A DNA stretch of 63,731 nt, the filler included, from Collodictyon triciliatum (lineage: Eukaryota): assembly GCA_043381765.1 (NCBI GenBank). It is 6 parts of 6 records of this genome, joined end to end, with 100 filler letters (N's around TTAATTAATTAA, not from the genome) between each part and the next. Parts side by side here need not be neighbours in the genome. Positions count along the whole stretch, not along the records: positions 40,708 to 54,166 come from JBHJMP010001983.1; positions 54,267 to 60,631 come from JBHJMP010002090.1; 4 more parts are not named here. One strand, 5' to 3'. The notes under the pieces were generated by a model, which was not told where the DNA came from, ran no database searches, and saw nothing but the letters and a program-made list of their open reading frames with translations. Both the position numbers and the translations under genes were made by a program. Below, in pieces: positions 42,380-54,372 of this stretch (position 1 is its first letter; each line of letters opens with the position of its first letter).

Positions 42380-43688
42380 ACTCTTAACAAATAAAAATGT
42401 CTAATGGCTTTGCTCCTGCATATTTATGAACAATGTCAAGAAGTGCTGCGCAACATATGAAGTGGATTTCGATGTGGTGAGCTCATTCATATCCAAACAT
42501 CGGCAGTTAAGAACATGCGACCGCACTACTTCATATCCACACAACACCAACTACAAAATGGGAAACGTCAATATGATGCTTTAGGAAATATGGTAGGAGG
42601 AGAGGTTTAATGGTAAATAGTTATATTGTGCATGCCCATAAACCCTATGTAATCAATAATGTCAAGAAGTGATGTACGATATCATCTTGCACTATCCCGA
42701 AGGCATTATTACAAGCGTATCTCCTTGCAGAATACTTGTCTATACACAGACTCACTACAGTCACGATACTCTCGCTTGATATTCCCTCCTCTAAATCCCT
42801 GCCGTTTCATAATGATATAGTGGTGCCCTGAGAAGAGCACCGTTCTTGTATGTATATCACCACGCGCAGTGTACTTTTTTCTTGTTCCTTGCGGCGCTTA
42901 TTTTGCATGAGACGTTTCGGGTATCAACAAGCGAGCAGCGTACAAGAATAAGATGGCATTTCATCAGAACCTCATGCTCCAGGAAAAGCCTGTCACAACG
43001 CCCACCAGAGATTGCTTCGAAGGCAATGTTTGCACTCTGGCTATCTCATCAAAAACCAACGCTCTGTTCTTGTCGCTGTCATCATCGCCAAGAAGCGATA
43101 TGGGCTAGCATGGACGGGATATCAGCGCGTTCGATAGCAGTCGAAGCAACCCATGCTACTGCTGCTGAATAGCAAGAAGTAGCTGCGAATGAGTAAGGAT
43201 ACCACGATCTGTTGCAAGAGTATGCTTTCTTGTTGTGGGGGGCACATAGCACTGCGGGCAGCGTCCCGAGAGGCGTGGAGAAGGCGCCTGACCGCCTCTT
43301 CTCAGCAGTCAAACCAGAAGTTCGCGCTTCAAAGTGTCGTGGATTTGCTTGACTGCTACTGAAATACACAGCACCGTTGACTCTGTCTCCTGACTCAGTT
43401 TCCTTGCAATAGTCCTTTCACAAAGAACCATGCCTAGCTGAAACCCCACCGCACGCTTCACTCACACCCATTTTCATCTCTCTTCTTTTCTTTTCTTCTT
43501 TTCTTCTTTTCTTCTTTTCTTCTTTTCTTCTTTTCTTCTTTTCATCCTGCTTCATGAGGCTCTTTCACTTTTTGCAGACACCCAGAATGATGCCGCCTTG
43601 AAAGAGCGCTATGCATCCGCGAAAGGAGGCAGCCCTCGACAAGCACTTGTAACTCGTTTAATCACAGATACAGGACGTTGCAACAGTG

Positions 43689-44476
43689 ATGAGTGTGGCC
43701 GATTGTCTGCGCGGAGTCCATCACATCGGAGTCACGGTGGAAAACATGGAGCGCTCGTTTCTGTTCTATACAAAAGTCCTCGGAGGCACGCCCATCACGG
43801 GCGGAAGCGGGTTTGCCGGCGACTCGATTCACAACGCCCTTCTGCAGAAAGAGGAGTTGGAGGCCGTCCAAGAGCGAGCCTTGCCCTTGGCCTTGAGAGG
43901 AATCCCGGACCTCCGGTACGATATCGCTGCTCTTTGCCTTTCTGGGGGCCACAAACGAACCCGCCCTCCTTGCCTAACCCGCCTGCATCCAGGTCTGGCC
44001 AGCAGAAGCTGGATGTGCGCTTCATCCAGTTTGACAACGTTGTCATCGAGCTTCTGCAGTACCACAATGGCGGCGAGCAGGCAGACGCATTCCGCAGCCA
44101 GCATCTCGGCTCCAGTCCGGCCTTCATCAACTCCATGCACATCTCCTTCTATCTGAGAGAAAGCGTCGATCCGGATGACTTTGTGGACAAGCTGGAGTCG
44201 GCTGCAAAGACCCACGGCTTCGATAAGGTCAAGTGCAACCGAACAGTTCCGGTCCAGTCCGAGGCCGAGAGGATGAGTGTTGCCCAAAACGCAAAGTCGT
44301 TCAAGATCCAAGGCCCGCCAGAGAAGGTGGGCGACTTTGATGGGTGGACTCTCATCTACTGCAAAGGCCCTGATGGCGAGCAGCTTGAGTTCAACCACGT
44401 CACACGCCGCGCAAAGACTATCTTTGATGCTGCTGCTTCTGCGCGCGCTGAGTCTCGGCCTGGTGGGGATGCTTAA
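43689..44476 (+). CDS. VOC/glyoxalase-superfamily metalloenzyme (2 exons)
   Basis: GVHHIGVTVENMERSFLFYTKVLGG, VIELLQY, SMHISF, YCKGPDGEQLEF supply the H/E/H/E metal ligands. One GT-AG intron ~43916-43992. Confidence 0.88.
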
Positions 44477-45135
44477 GGCGCAGCGGTTGCGTCTGTTGTT
44501 TTGATGCGCTCTCATCTTGCTTGGCTCTCTCCCCGCTCAAAGGATTGCAGCCTTCGTCCGCCTCATAAAGCGTTAACTCCCTATGGACGCGTTGGTTTGC
44601 GCTGTGGCTGTATCTGCAAGCGCAACTCTTTGTTATTGGCACGCACATATCTTTTCTTTTGGGTGGGGAAATCCTCTCTTCAGGCCGGAGGGGGTGGCTG
44701 TGAAAAGGAAGAGCCGCGTTTGCCTCTCGAAAGATGTGACGACATAAGAAACAAAGAGCAGAACGCTCTGATCTGTCAGCCCGTGTGATCAGGGTTGCTG
44801 GAGCTGCTTTTTTCCTTTTTCTTTTTCTTTTTTTCTTTTTCTTTTTCCTTTCTTTTCTCTTTTTCTCTTTTTCCTTTTTTTCCTTTTTCTTTTTCCTTTT
44901 TTTCTTTTTTCTTTTTGTCTTTTTGTCTTTTTGTCTTTTTCTTTTCTTTTTGTCTTTTTCTTTTTCTTTCCCTTTTTTCTTTCCCTTTTTTCTTTCCCTT
45001 TTTTCTTTCCCTTTTTTCTTTTTTCTATTTTCTTTTCTTTTTTCTTTTTCTTTTTTGGCCGCTTTTTACCGAAGTAGAGCATGTTTTCTCGGAGCCCCTC
45101 AACACAATCACCACAGACAGAAGTAAAGCAAACTC

Positions 45136-47549
45136 ATGGGCGACGCAGAAGAGTGGATTTTCGACTCTTTGATGGAGTATCTCCGATCTCCTTTGTGGAC
45201 AACTCCGATTTCCAGCTTTGTTGACCGCAACTGCCTGGTTTTTGATCTTGAAGAGGAAAACAAGTTTGCGTACACCGATATTCATAACGTAAGAGGCCTT
45301 TTTCTTCTTTTTCTTTTTCTTTTTCTTTTTCTTTTTCTTTTTCTTTTTCTTTTTCTTTTTCTTTTTCTTTTTCTTTTTCTTTTTCTTTTTCTTTTTCTTT
45401 TTCTTTTTCTTTTTCTTTTTCTTTTTCTTTTTCTTTTTCTTTTTCTTTTTCTTTTCCTTCTTGCTTTTTCTTCCTTTCTTTCAAGTAAATATGAACAATC
45501 TACCTCAGGAATATAAAAGGTTGATTGACGACCTTCTTGGAGCATTTCTTCAAGAGATGCAAATCGAAAACTCTTACTTTCTGGCATCCTGTGGCAAAGC
45601 CATGTCCAGAAACTATCACAAGTCCTTAATCGAAGAGTTCATCGCTGCAGACGACTTTTTGAGTGAGTTGTTTTTTTCTTCTTTCTTCCTTTCTTTATCA
45701 ATAATCAGAATCACTCATCACCCGATCTCCAAGGCAACGAAAAATACATCACAACCACCCAAATATATTGCGACCAATATTTCCAAATCATTATTTCCAA
45801 ATCACTCATATACTCATAATACCGAAGCTTTCAAGGCGATGATGGTGAAGCGCAACATGGAGTTGGAGTTGGATGCTTTGCGGTATTCTGATTGAAAACC
45901 AAACAATTGTCTTTTACATGTTTTACAAACATCAAATCGTTGATTGCATGTCCCTATTCTTCTTCACCCTTTTGCAAATTCTAGCGTGCTGCAGGGACTC
46001 AATTCAAAGGCTGAAGAAAAAAAGGTCATATATTTAAGGAAAACACTGAATAGTCTTTTTTATATCTTTTCTATTTAATTAAAGGAAACAAGGAATCTAT
46101 CCGCAGACTTTAAATTATCTACATTACCTATAAATCATATCTATTTTACTACCATATCAAAGCCGGAGCCTGTGGATGAAGATGAGCGTATGCTGCAGGA
46201 GGCCATTCGGCTCTCCCAGTTAGATTTAGAGCGCGAAAGCAAAGAAAGTGCTGATGAAATTCAGGTATCAATAAATACAAAAATATACTTTTTTTTAAAA
46301 AAAAAAACCTATTACTCAAAGGATAATAATACAAATTAAACCACTTATGTTCGGTGAACTTTTTCTCTGATACATTTTAATTTTACAAACTTTACCAACA
46401 TAGCGCGCCATTGCCCTCTCATTGGAAGAGACATCAATTCAAGAGGCTGTCCGGAAACAAGAACTCGCTTCATTAGAACACGCGATTTCCATCTCGATGG
46501 CGTTGGAGGTTTCTCCATATCCAAAATGCAAATTCATCATGAATGAAATTACATGTTTTAAAAACACAATGCTTGACACACACTTTTGTTTCTTCTACAA
46601 TTTTTGTGACATTCAGATGAACCTTCTTAAATTCACCCAATCAGAGGATATCCAACATAATAAATACTATATATCTGCATCCAGGCTGAGAAAAAGGATT
46701 TAACTTCGAGTGAAAGCAAAACAAAGGCACTGGAGCAACGTGTATCCAAAGCTGCTGATGCGTCTGTCCCTACTGCTAAGCCCATCCAAGAGCTCATCCG
46801 CCCAACAACCCTTAATCCACTTATCAAAACTCCGTCGACAGCAGCCGCTGCCTCCAAGGCTGAATCAGCCAATGCAGTACGCTCTATGAGAGCCAACAAT
46901 AATTGGCCACCCGATGCTTTTTCTACATTACCTTCACTATGTGAATTTCGTCATTCTCCCAATACATGTTCACTCATTTTTCTCTTTTTTTTTTTCTTTT
47001 CCGAAGAAAAATAATAATAATAATACGATGAACATAATTCATTTTAGACCCCGAAGCCAACTGCGGAAGATTTGGCGAAGAGAGCAGAGTACCTGAAACA
47101 ACAACGTGAGCGAGTTGTCCAAGTGCGCGAATCAAAACGCCAGGAGGACTTACAGAATTATGAGAAGCCTCAACCTTCCAACCCTGCACCTACGCCAGCT
47201 GCAAATCCAAATCCGAATCCAAATCCAAATCCGAATCCGAATCCTGCTGTTGCTGGACTCGATGCACAACTTCTCGAAGCTCGTCGGGCATTGGCTCGCC
47301 GCTTTAAAGAGGAGCTCATAGGGACGAAGTATGCTGAGGATGTAAGCTTTTTTTCTTTCCTCTCTGCTCATATATATATATATATATATAATTTTGTCGT
47401 TCTTTTATTCTTCAAGAGCCTCACAAACTATGCGATATTTATTTAATTACCCACTTGCCATCGTTTTTTTGTGGGGGGTTTTGCAGCCCTCTGAGGTCAG
47501 AAAAAAGCTCGACTTGGAGAAACAGGCTCTGGCGAAAGTTGGTAATTAG
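45136..47549 (+). CDS. CFAP36: Cilia- and flagella-associated protein 36 (BART domain, ARL3 effector), multi-exon
   Basis: EWIFDSLMEYLRSPLWTTPISSFVDRNCLVFDLEEENKFAYTDIHNEYKRLID, AADDFLTFKAMMVKRNMELE, C-terminal EDLAKRAEYLKQQRER and ARRALARRFKEELI. The last exon (to 47549) is less certain. Confidence 0.9.
45307..45455. repeat. (CTTTTT)n intronic microsatellite
   Basis: Directly visible in CFAP36 intron 1. Confidence 0.95.
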
Positions 47550-48471
47550 GGAAAGCATCAAAACCATCGTCCCGCCGTAGTGAGAGATGACAGGAATAAA
47601 AACAAAAAGAGAAACGAAAACCAGAAACAAGATACAAATTATTTTCACGTTTAATTAGGGTATTCTATTATGTTTTCTTTAAATTTCGCCGCCAAATTGC
47701 TAATAACAAACGGGAAAAACTCCGTATTGTAATTCATATACTTATGATATTAGCGATCGAAGGTTTCTGTGAGACAGTGTTGCATCTCAAAAAGGGTATT
47801 GTGATAAAAAAAAAAATACAAATATGCCAAAAAAACGTCGTGTTCTGCTTTTTTGCGATGTTCATTGAGCAGTGGTAAGTGTTGTCTTCGGTGCTAAAGT
47901 GACCGCTAGAAAACTTTTGTGTCCTTTCTACGTTTCATAAAAAGTACATCACACATACGACTGGTGTATTGTGTCAACGTCAAAGTCTGAAAGAACCACT
48001 TACCCGACTGTGGCGCAGTGGAACGGTCTTTGTGACCCTAATTTTCATTTATTTATTTTTGAATTTCGCGCTGCAAGGTTCGTATTCATGAATATCTAGC
48101 AGTTGATGTTCTTTGGTGATGTGATTGAGGGTCTGTTTGAAATTGTTCGAGTGAGCCAAGTATGCTAGTGTCCCAGCTATCTGCTTATTTCGTATGTTTA
48201 TTGAGAGTCGGATGGAGAGACAGGCTGTGATGACTCATGATGAACTGAAGATGCTGCTATGTCCACATCAACGAGCTGGGTTATTTATTTATTTATCTTT
48301 TTAAAAAAGAAAAAGAAAAATAGCTAAGAAAATATTGGGAAACAGTATTTATCTTTCTGAGAATGTTTGAATAAAGGTAAAAAAAAAAATCATATCAAAA
48401 TCTCACGCGTTGTTGAACAGAATGTATGCATATTTAGATGAATCTTAAATCAAAATGGATGCTGGCAGAGG

Positions 48472-51400
48472 CTAGTTGTCTTCTGAAAAATTTTTAGAAA
48501 GTTCCCTTGAGAATTTGTTGGAGGTTGGATTTAATGAGTTTTCCAAATCTTTTTCATCGATGCAGGAGGAGGCGGGACACCCCGCGGACAGTTCGTCTTC
48601 ATCACTCTGATATTCCTCAAAATCTTCATTATCGCTCGATTCTGAAATATAGTCTTCGGTGCCTGGAAATGCACTATCTGAATCTGCACCTTCCAACCCA
48701 GAACTATCCTGACTTCGATAGATATTTCTTGACGATAATTTTCTCGATTCCTCCTTATTAGCTGCGTTTTTGTGGACTTGGACCAGGTATTTGTAGTAAG
48801 CCTTTATCCCGTGGACTCCGTTAGATGTCTTGATGGGTCGCATAAAATTCTCGACGTATGAAGTTTTGCCCGTGATTATCACTCCAAAGTGATCAATTAA
48901 TACCTATGATTTTTTTTCATTTTTTAACTCGAAATAAGTATTAGCAGACTAAAGTGAAGATAATTCTTCTATTAGAATGGCTGGTTACATGTGTGAGGTA
49001 TCATTCAAGATGATTTCTATGAAACCGAACCTCTCTTCCAACGTGCTGATAGAGCATAAATCTTGGTGGCACTGTGGTGACATAATCGGCATAATTTACG
49101 ACGCGGTATGCATCAGGAATGAGTTCGTCGAACATCTTTGCAAAAGTAACGTTCCCCACACGAGGAGATCCAAAAGTATACGAGACTACCGGAATACTCT
49201 CGTATGTATATCTAAGATGAACTCCAAGTATAGTGGACAAAGCAGCACCTTTTGTGAAGAGAGGTTCATGAATTCAAATGGATGCTATTGATAAAAACTG
49301 CCTTTTCATTTATGAGTTGTTTTTTATGATTTATGCTGGTATATATATATATATTCAAGTATTTTACAGCTTTTAAGATTTTTTTAATTATAATTCTTAT
49401 GAACCTAAACTGTGGCCAGTGACATAGAAACGCTCAATCGAATGGACCTTATTGAGCTCATTTATTTCTTTAAATAGAGTATCATATATGCTCCTAAATA
49501 TGTAAATGTTCAAATGAAAATCACACCTTCATGTGTTTTAACGAAATTCATAATGCTTTGGTCATTTTGCTTGAATTTATCGATGAAATTATGCTCGAGA
49601 ACACACTCATAATATTTTAAAAATCCCGAGTGAATCTTAGCACTTAGACCGCTTTTGTCCTCCGCTTTCATCAAATCAACCAAAGACGTTGTTTGGCATA
49701 AACTCTGTGTATTCTTCCCACTAAAGAAAATTAACGAATGGTAAGAAATTCAGTTTCTCTTTTTAAATAATTATTTAATTTTATGAGCATAATTTGCGAT
49801 ACTTATTTGTTATTTAAGAAGGTAATATTGCTTAATTTAGGAAACCTTGTAAGTTTAGAATTTGCATCTTCTTGTATAAACTTCAAATCAGCAAGTACAT
49901 CTGAGGTTGAACTGGTTCCTCGAAAAGCTATGGCCACTTCGTCCTTACGGTAAAACACATGTGCAAGACACCTCGTTTTTTCCTTGGTGGGGGGAGATTC
50001 GATGGCTTTCTGACGGAAAAAAAATCGCTATAATTATTACTTTGCCGACAAAAATTTCAAGTATACACTATATATGAAAAATGTGTTGCTTAATAATAAA
50101 TAACAACATGAAATAACCACAGGTCCTGTGAAACACCTTGGAACTCGCTACCAGAAATTTGCGACATCTTTGCATAAATATGAGGGAACTAGCAATTACA
50201 TAGCCTTCAGTAAATGAAAGGTACTGCCTTACTAAATCTAGCCATAAAAATAATAATTTTATGCATTTGAATATTTCATTCTTATCCACAACTTAAAATT
50301 TCACATACTTACGTTTAATTCCTCTGGTTTATTCAGTGTTATAATCCCCTTTAAATCAAAATCCGTGTGGTACGCCTACAACGTTTGAAGGAAAAATAAG
50401 ACCTGGTCCCGAACAGGCCAATCAATAAGTATTAAAAATATAGTAAGCAGCATTTCGGATATTAGACATTTTTATGTCCCATTCACTTACAGAATATGAC
50501 AACTGTAACATTTCTAAGGCAGTCTCAATCGAAAACACACTGGTATGATCTGCTCTACCAATAAGTACAACAGGATTTGCTAGAGTACTGGTCGAAATAT
50601 CAAACTCATTTGATGGCTCTATGTTGTGAAATAATCTCTGGTTTACTATTCTGGATTAGAAATAAAAAAATTCAAAAATACAACATTTCATTATATCTTC
50701 ACATTTATCGCACCGTTTAGATAAATGATATTACCAAGGAATGTTCTAAACGCAATACCCAAAAAAAATAAATTGGAACATACCTGTGTCAATGTCCGGA
50801 ATATTCAAAAAACAGAATAGATAGCACTGAAAGCTGTAGCCAGTTTAATTTTTTATTTTATTTTTAAAAGAAAATCTTTTAGTCAATAATATTGAACAAT
50901 TATGGCGGTGTGCATTATCTTCATTTCTGCATATACCACCTCATACATCAATATAGCTAAAGATAAACAAACTTGAATAAGATGAGCCCAGATAATGTAG
51001 TTGAGTCAGAGATTCCGGTGTACATATCGTTCAATATAAAGTAAAACTCCACCACAGAATGAATCATCATCAAGTTTCCCTTGAATATGAATTGTTTGTG
51101 TGGAAAAATATTTAGTCAACACTGCATTGCACTCAAAATCCGCGGAGTTACGAGTTATGATATATGTTTTAACTGGAAGCATAAAAATAGATCGATGATA
51201 TGCTTAATTGTTGGAATAAACAGCACATCAATAAGAATAAAACCTGGAAAACCATGAACGTGAAGGAGAGTAACCGAGCTCGATTCTTCAGGTAAATGGC
51301 TTGCAAAAGTCTCTCACGGGATGTCCTGAATGGTATATAAAAACAGTAGCAAAAATAATAAATGAGCGAATAAATAAGTAAATAAATAGCAATAGGGATG

Positions 51401-53930
51401 GGGATGGGGATGGGGATGGGGATGGGGATGGGGATGGGGATGGGGATGGGGATGGGGATGGGGATAGAAATAGAAATAGAAATAGAAATAGAAATAGAAA
51501 TAGAAATAGAAATAGAAACAGAAATAGAAATAGAAACAGAAATAGAAATAGAAATAGAAATAGAAATAGAAATAGAAATAGAAATAGAAATAGAAATAGA
51601 AATAGAAATAGAAATAGGATTGATAAAAAAAAGAATAAGAATAACAGAAACAGTTACAGTAGCAAACAATTGTACGCTACGTAATAACACAACATTTAAA
51701 TCGAATGAAAATAAGTCAAAAAGAAAAATAAGAATTTATCAGAATGCATATAAAATACCAAACTAAATACAGTTAGATGTTAAAATGATTCTAACTTACA
51801 GCATCGACTCAGCAAATAGAAGTAGCCATGTTAGAGAGATACCTAAACTAAGTATTTTCATGTATTCATTGGCCAATAGCACACCCGACCCCTGGTATAA
51901 TAAAAATTGAGAGATATACTCTTAATAAAAAGCTTGTCTAATCAGTTATTTTTTGGTAGAATATAAAGGATAAAGATTGATAGTAAAAAAAAAAAAAGGC
52001 GTGTTTTAAATATGATATGAATATGAAAACCGTTGCCGGGTCTTCAAGCGATGTCATGTCGCTCAACCTGGAAATTTACACAACATATTAATCTAAAAAC
52101 TCATGTAGACTTTATAAAAATCACAAGAAAATAAATGAAACTAAAATTACAAGTGCTTGTCATTCAGGAATGCAACTTTGATGCCGATAGATATGCATTT
52201 GACTAATAGGTAGCTTGAAGCGATGTACTTTTCATATCTCCGTTCGAAATCATCTTTTTCTTGCTGGTTACATACAATATTAGAATTTGAACGGCATTGT
52301 TTCGAGAAAAATTGTTCTCACAATCATATGGTCTTAAGAAATTAGGTTTAGAACATGACAAAAATAATCACCCTCAATAATTTACTCATCACGAGGCAGA
52401 AATAGTAAAACAATGAATTCCCTAACGCCTCAGACACGAAGAAAAAAGTGTCCATCGACCTGGTTCCACTTAAAACTTGTCCAATATAAAAAAGATTGCT
52501 TTCAAGCATGCACGCTGCAGCTAGGATAAGAATATACCTAGTAATTGGAAAGTCTATAAGGACATCGTATTTTACGGATGGCGGTGACCAAAGTTTATCA
52601 AAAATAAATTACATGGAATAATTAGACAGCCACTTACTTGTCTTCAAGCCTCCATTTAAGTCCTTTTTTCTTTTGACATATAGCGACGAAAAAAACGATA
52701 CCAATTATTGTGAAAAGGCATCTGAAAAAGAATTCTGCGATCGCAAAGTCGCCTCTTTGATGGATAAACTATTTTTAAAAGATAATTATATTTAAGGAAC
52801 AAATCAAGTTCTCTGAAAAAAAATGGCGGCAATCTAAATTTTGAATCCCATAATGTAAAATTATGTAAATGACTTTTTTTTACAAATTAAAATGAGTACC
52901 AAGTACTCTGTTTCCCCGTAATCATCGAAAGTGACGTTTGGGAAGGTTATTTCCATTCTCATAGATTTCTTGGGAAGAGGCCGGTAAAAGAAAAGTGGCG
53001 AATCAACGCATATATCATCGGCCTGTATTTATTACAAAAATAAAAATTTGGTCGATTCAACAGAAGATGAAACTTGCTTCATAATATATGGATGTAAAAT
53101 AACCGCGTCGCATCGCATTTCACAAAGTTCAGTCCAATTTTCAATGACTGCGTACAAGCTGCCATCATCTTGTTTCTCGTATATATTAACCTGGGGATAT
53201 GTTAGACCAAGTAAATTAATCGCATTTTTTTGATTGCACGTACCAAACCAAAGAAATAGTTATGTAGGCTTTTACAAAAAAGTGTAACGAGTACAGAATA
53301 ATCAATCTGGGCTCTCAAGTTGTCCTGTCTCGATTTCACTTTTGCCACCCAGACAACAAAGCGGTCTGTAGGAGTTAGTTCATGGCTCTCCCAAGATAGA
53401 ATACTAGATTCATTCCTCTAAAAAAAAACAAAAACAATCAAACCAGAAGTCAATAAAAATGAGTCTAATATCTATAGTGAAGAAATAAGATATGCCCACT
53501 GGATACACTCTACGGATACAAAACGCCAATCAAGACAATCCGTTTTATGATAAAGGAGTGTATTTCAATACAAAGGATACCTTAGTGATACAGCCATTGT
53601 CATCTTCACCTGAGCATAAAGTGTGACCGTAAGATTCTCTGCTGTACTTCATGTCGCCCTCTGCAAGAAAAAAAAACAACGTTCTAGTTCTATGCTATTA
53701 ACACAAATCCAGTGATTCATGTCGTATGTATGTTTCCTGCTGCTTCTATTTTGGTATAGTTCCTAAATATTCATGCATGATACACCACTAAATGGACTTC
53801 AATCATATTAGATAAAATTCGTACCGTACACAACAACACCCAGGCAGACGAAAAATACTACCAAAGATGATAAATAAACAAGATTCACGGCCCATGGTTC
53901 CAAAGTTTGCAGTAAAATGATGTCTCTACT
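48472..53930 (-). CDS. Class 3 lipase with multi-pass hydrophobic N-terminal region (multi-exon, 5' truncated)
   Basis: VAIAFRGTS, KIHSGF, VTGHSLGAAL, YTFGSPRVGN, YRVVNYADYVTTVPP, YQHVG, HGIKAYY. Upstream exons encode several hydrophobic helices. Confidence 0.85.
51395..51616. repeat. (GGGGAT)n followed by (AGAAAT)n intronic repeat
   Basis: Directly visible in a lipase intron. Confidence 0.95.
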
Positions 53931-54060
53931 GGAAGGGATGGAATGTCAATCTCCAGTTGGAAGTTTGTGAATGAACTTTATTTAAATGTCTGCTTTATTT
54001 CTGAGTCATTAATTGCTTCATAAGTTTATTCATAATGAAATAGAGAAGCAAGCAATGTAG

Positions 54061-54166
54061 AGTCATAGTCATAGTCATAGTCATAGTCATAGTCATAGTC
54101 ATAGTCATAGTCATAGTCATAGTCATAGTCATAGTCATAGTCATAGTCATAGTCATAGTCATAGTC
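54061..54166. repeat. (AGTCAT)n microsatellite at contig end
   Basis: Directly visible. Confidence 0.95.
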
Positions 54167-54266
54167 NNNNNNNNNNNNNNNNNNNNNNNNNNNNNNNNNN
54201 NNNNNNNNNNTTAATTAATTAANNNNNNNNNNNNNNNNNNNNNNNNNNNNNNNNNNNNNNNNNNNN
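54167..54266. other. Artificial contig spacer
   Basis: TTAATTAATTAA at 54211-54222 within 100 nt. Confidence 0.95.
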
Positions 54267-54326
54267 GTGTGGTGTAAAAAAAAAAAAAAAAAAAAAAATT
54301 TTCAGTTATCATTTAAACATTATTAT

Positions 54327-54363
<37 letters not shown>

Positions 54364-54372
54364 CGTTTCAAG

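Noticed and set aside
42950-43370. Possible minus-strand gene with a GTATCCTT donor at ~43202
   Set aside because: I could not build a coherent exon chain or recognise a protein.
48060-48472. Exon-like sequence after the lipase TAG, suggesting readthrough or an altered genetic code
   Set aside because: Further stops follow in all frames, and no conserved exon in the window has an in-frame stop.
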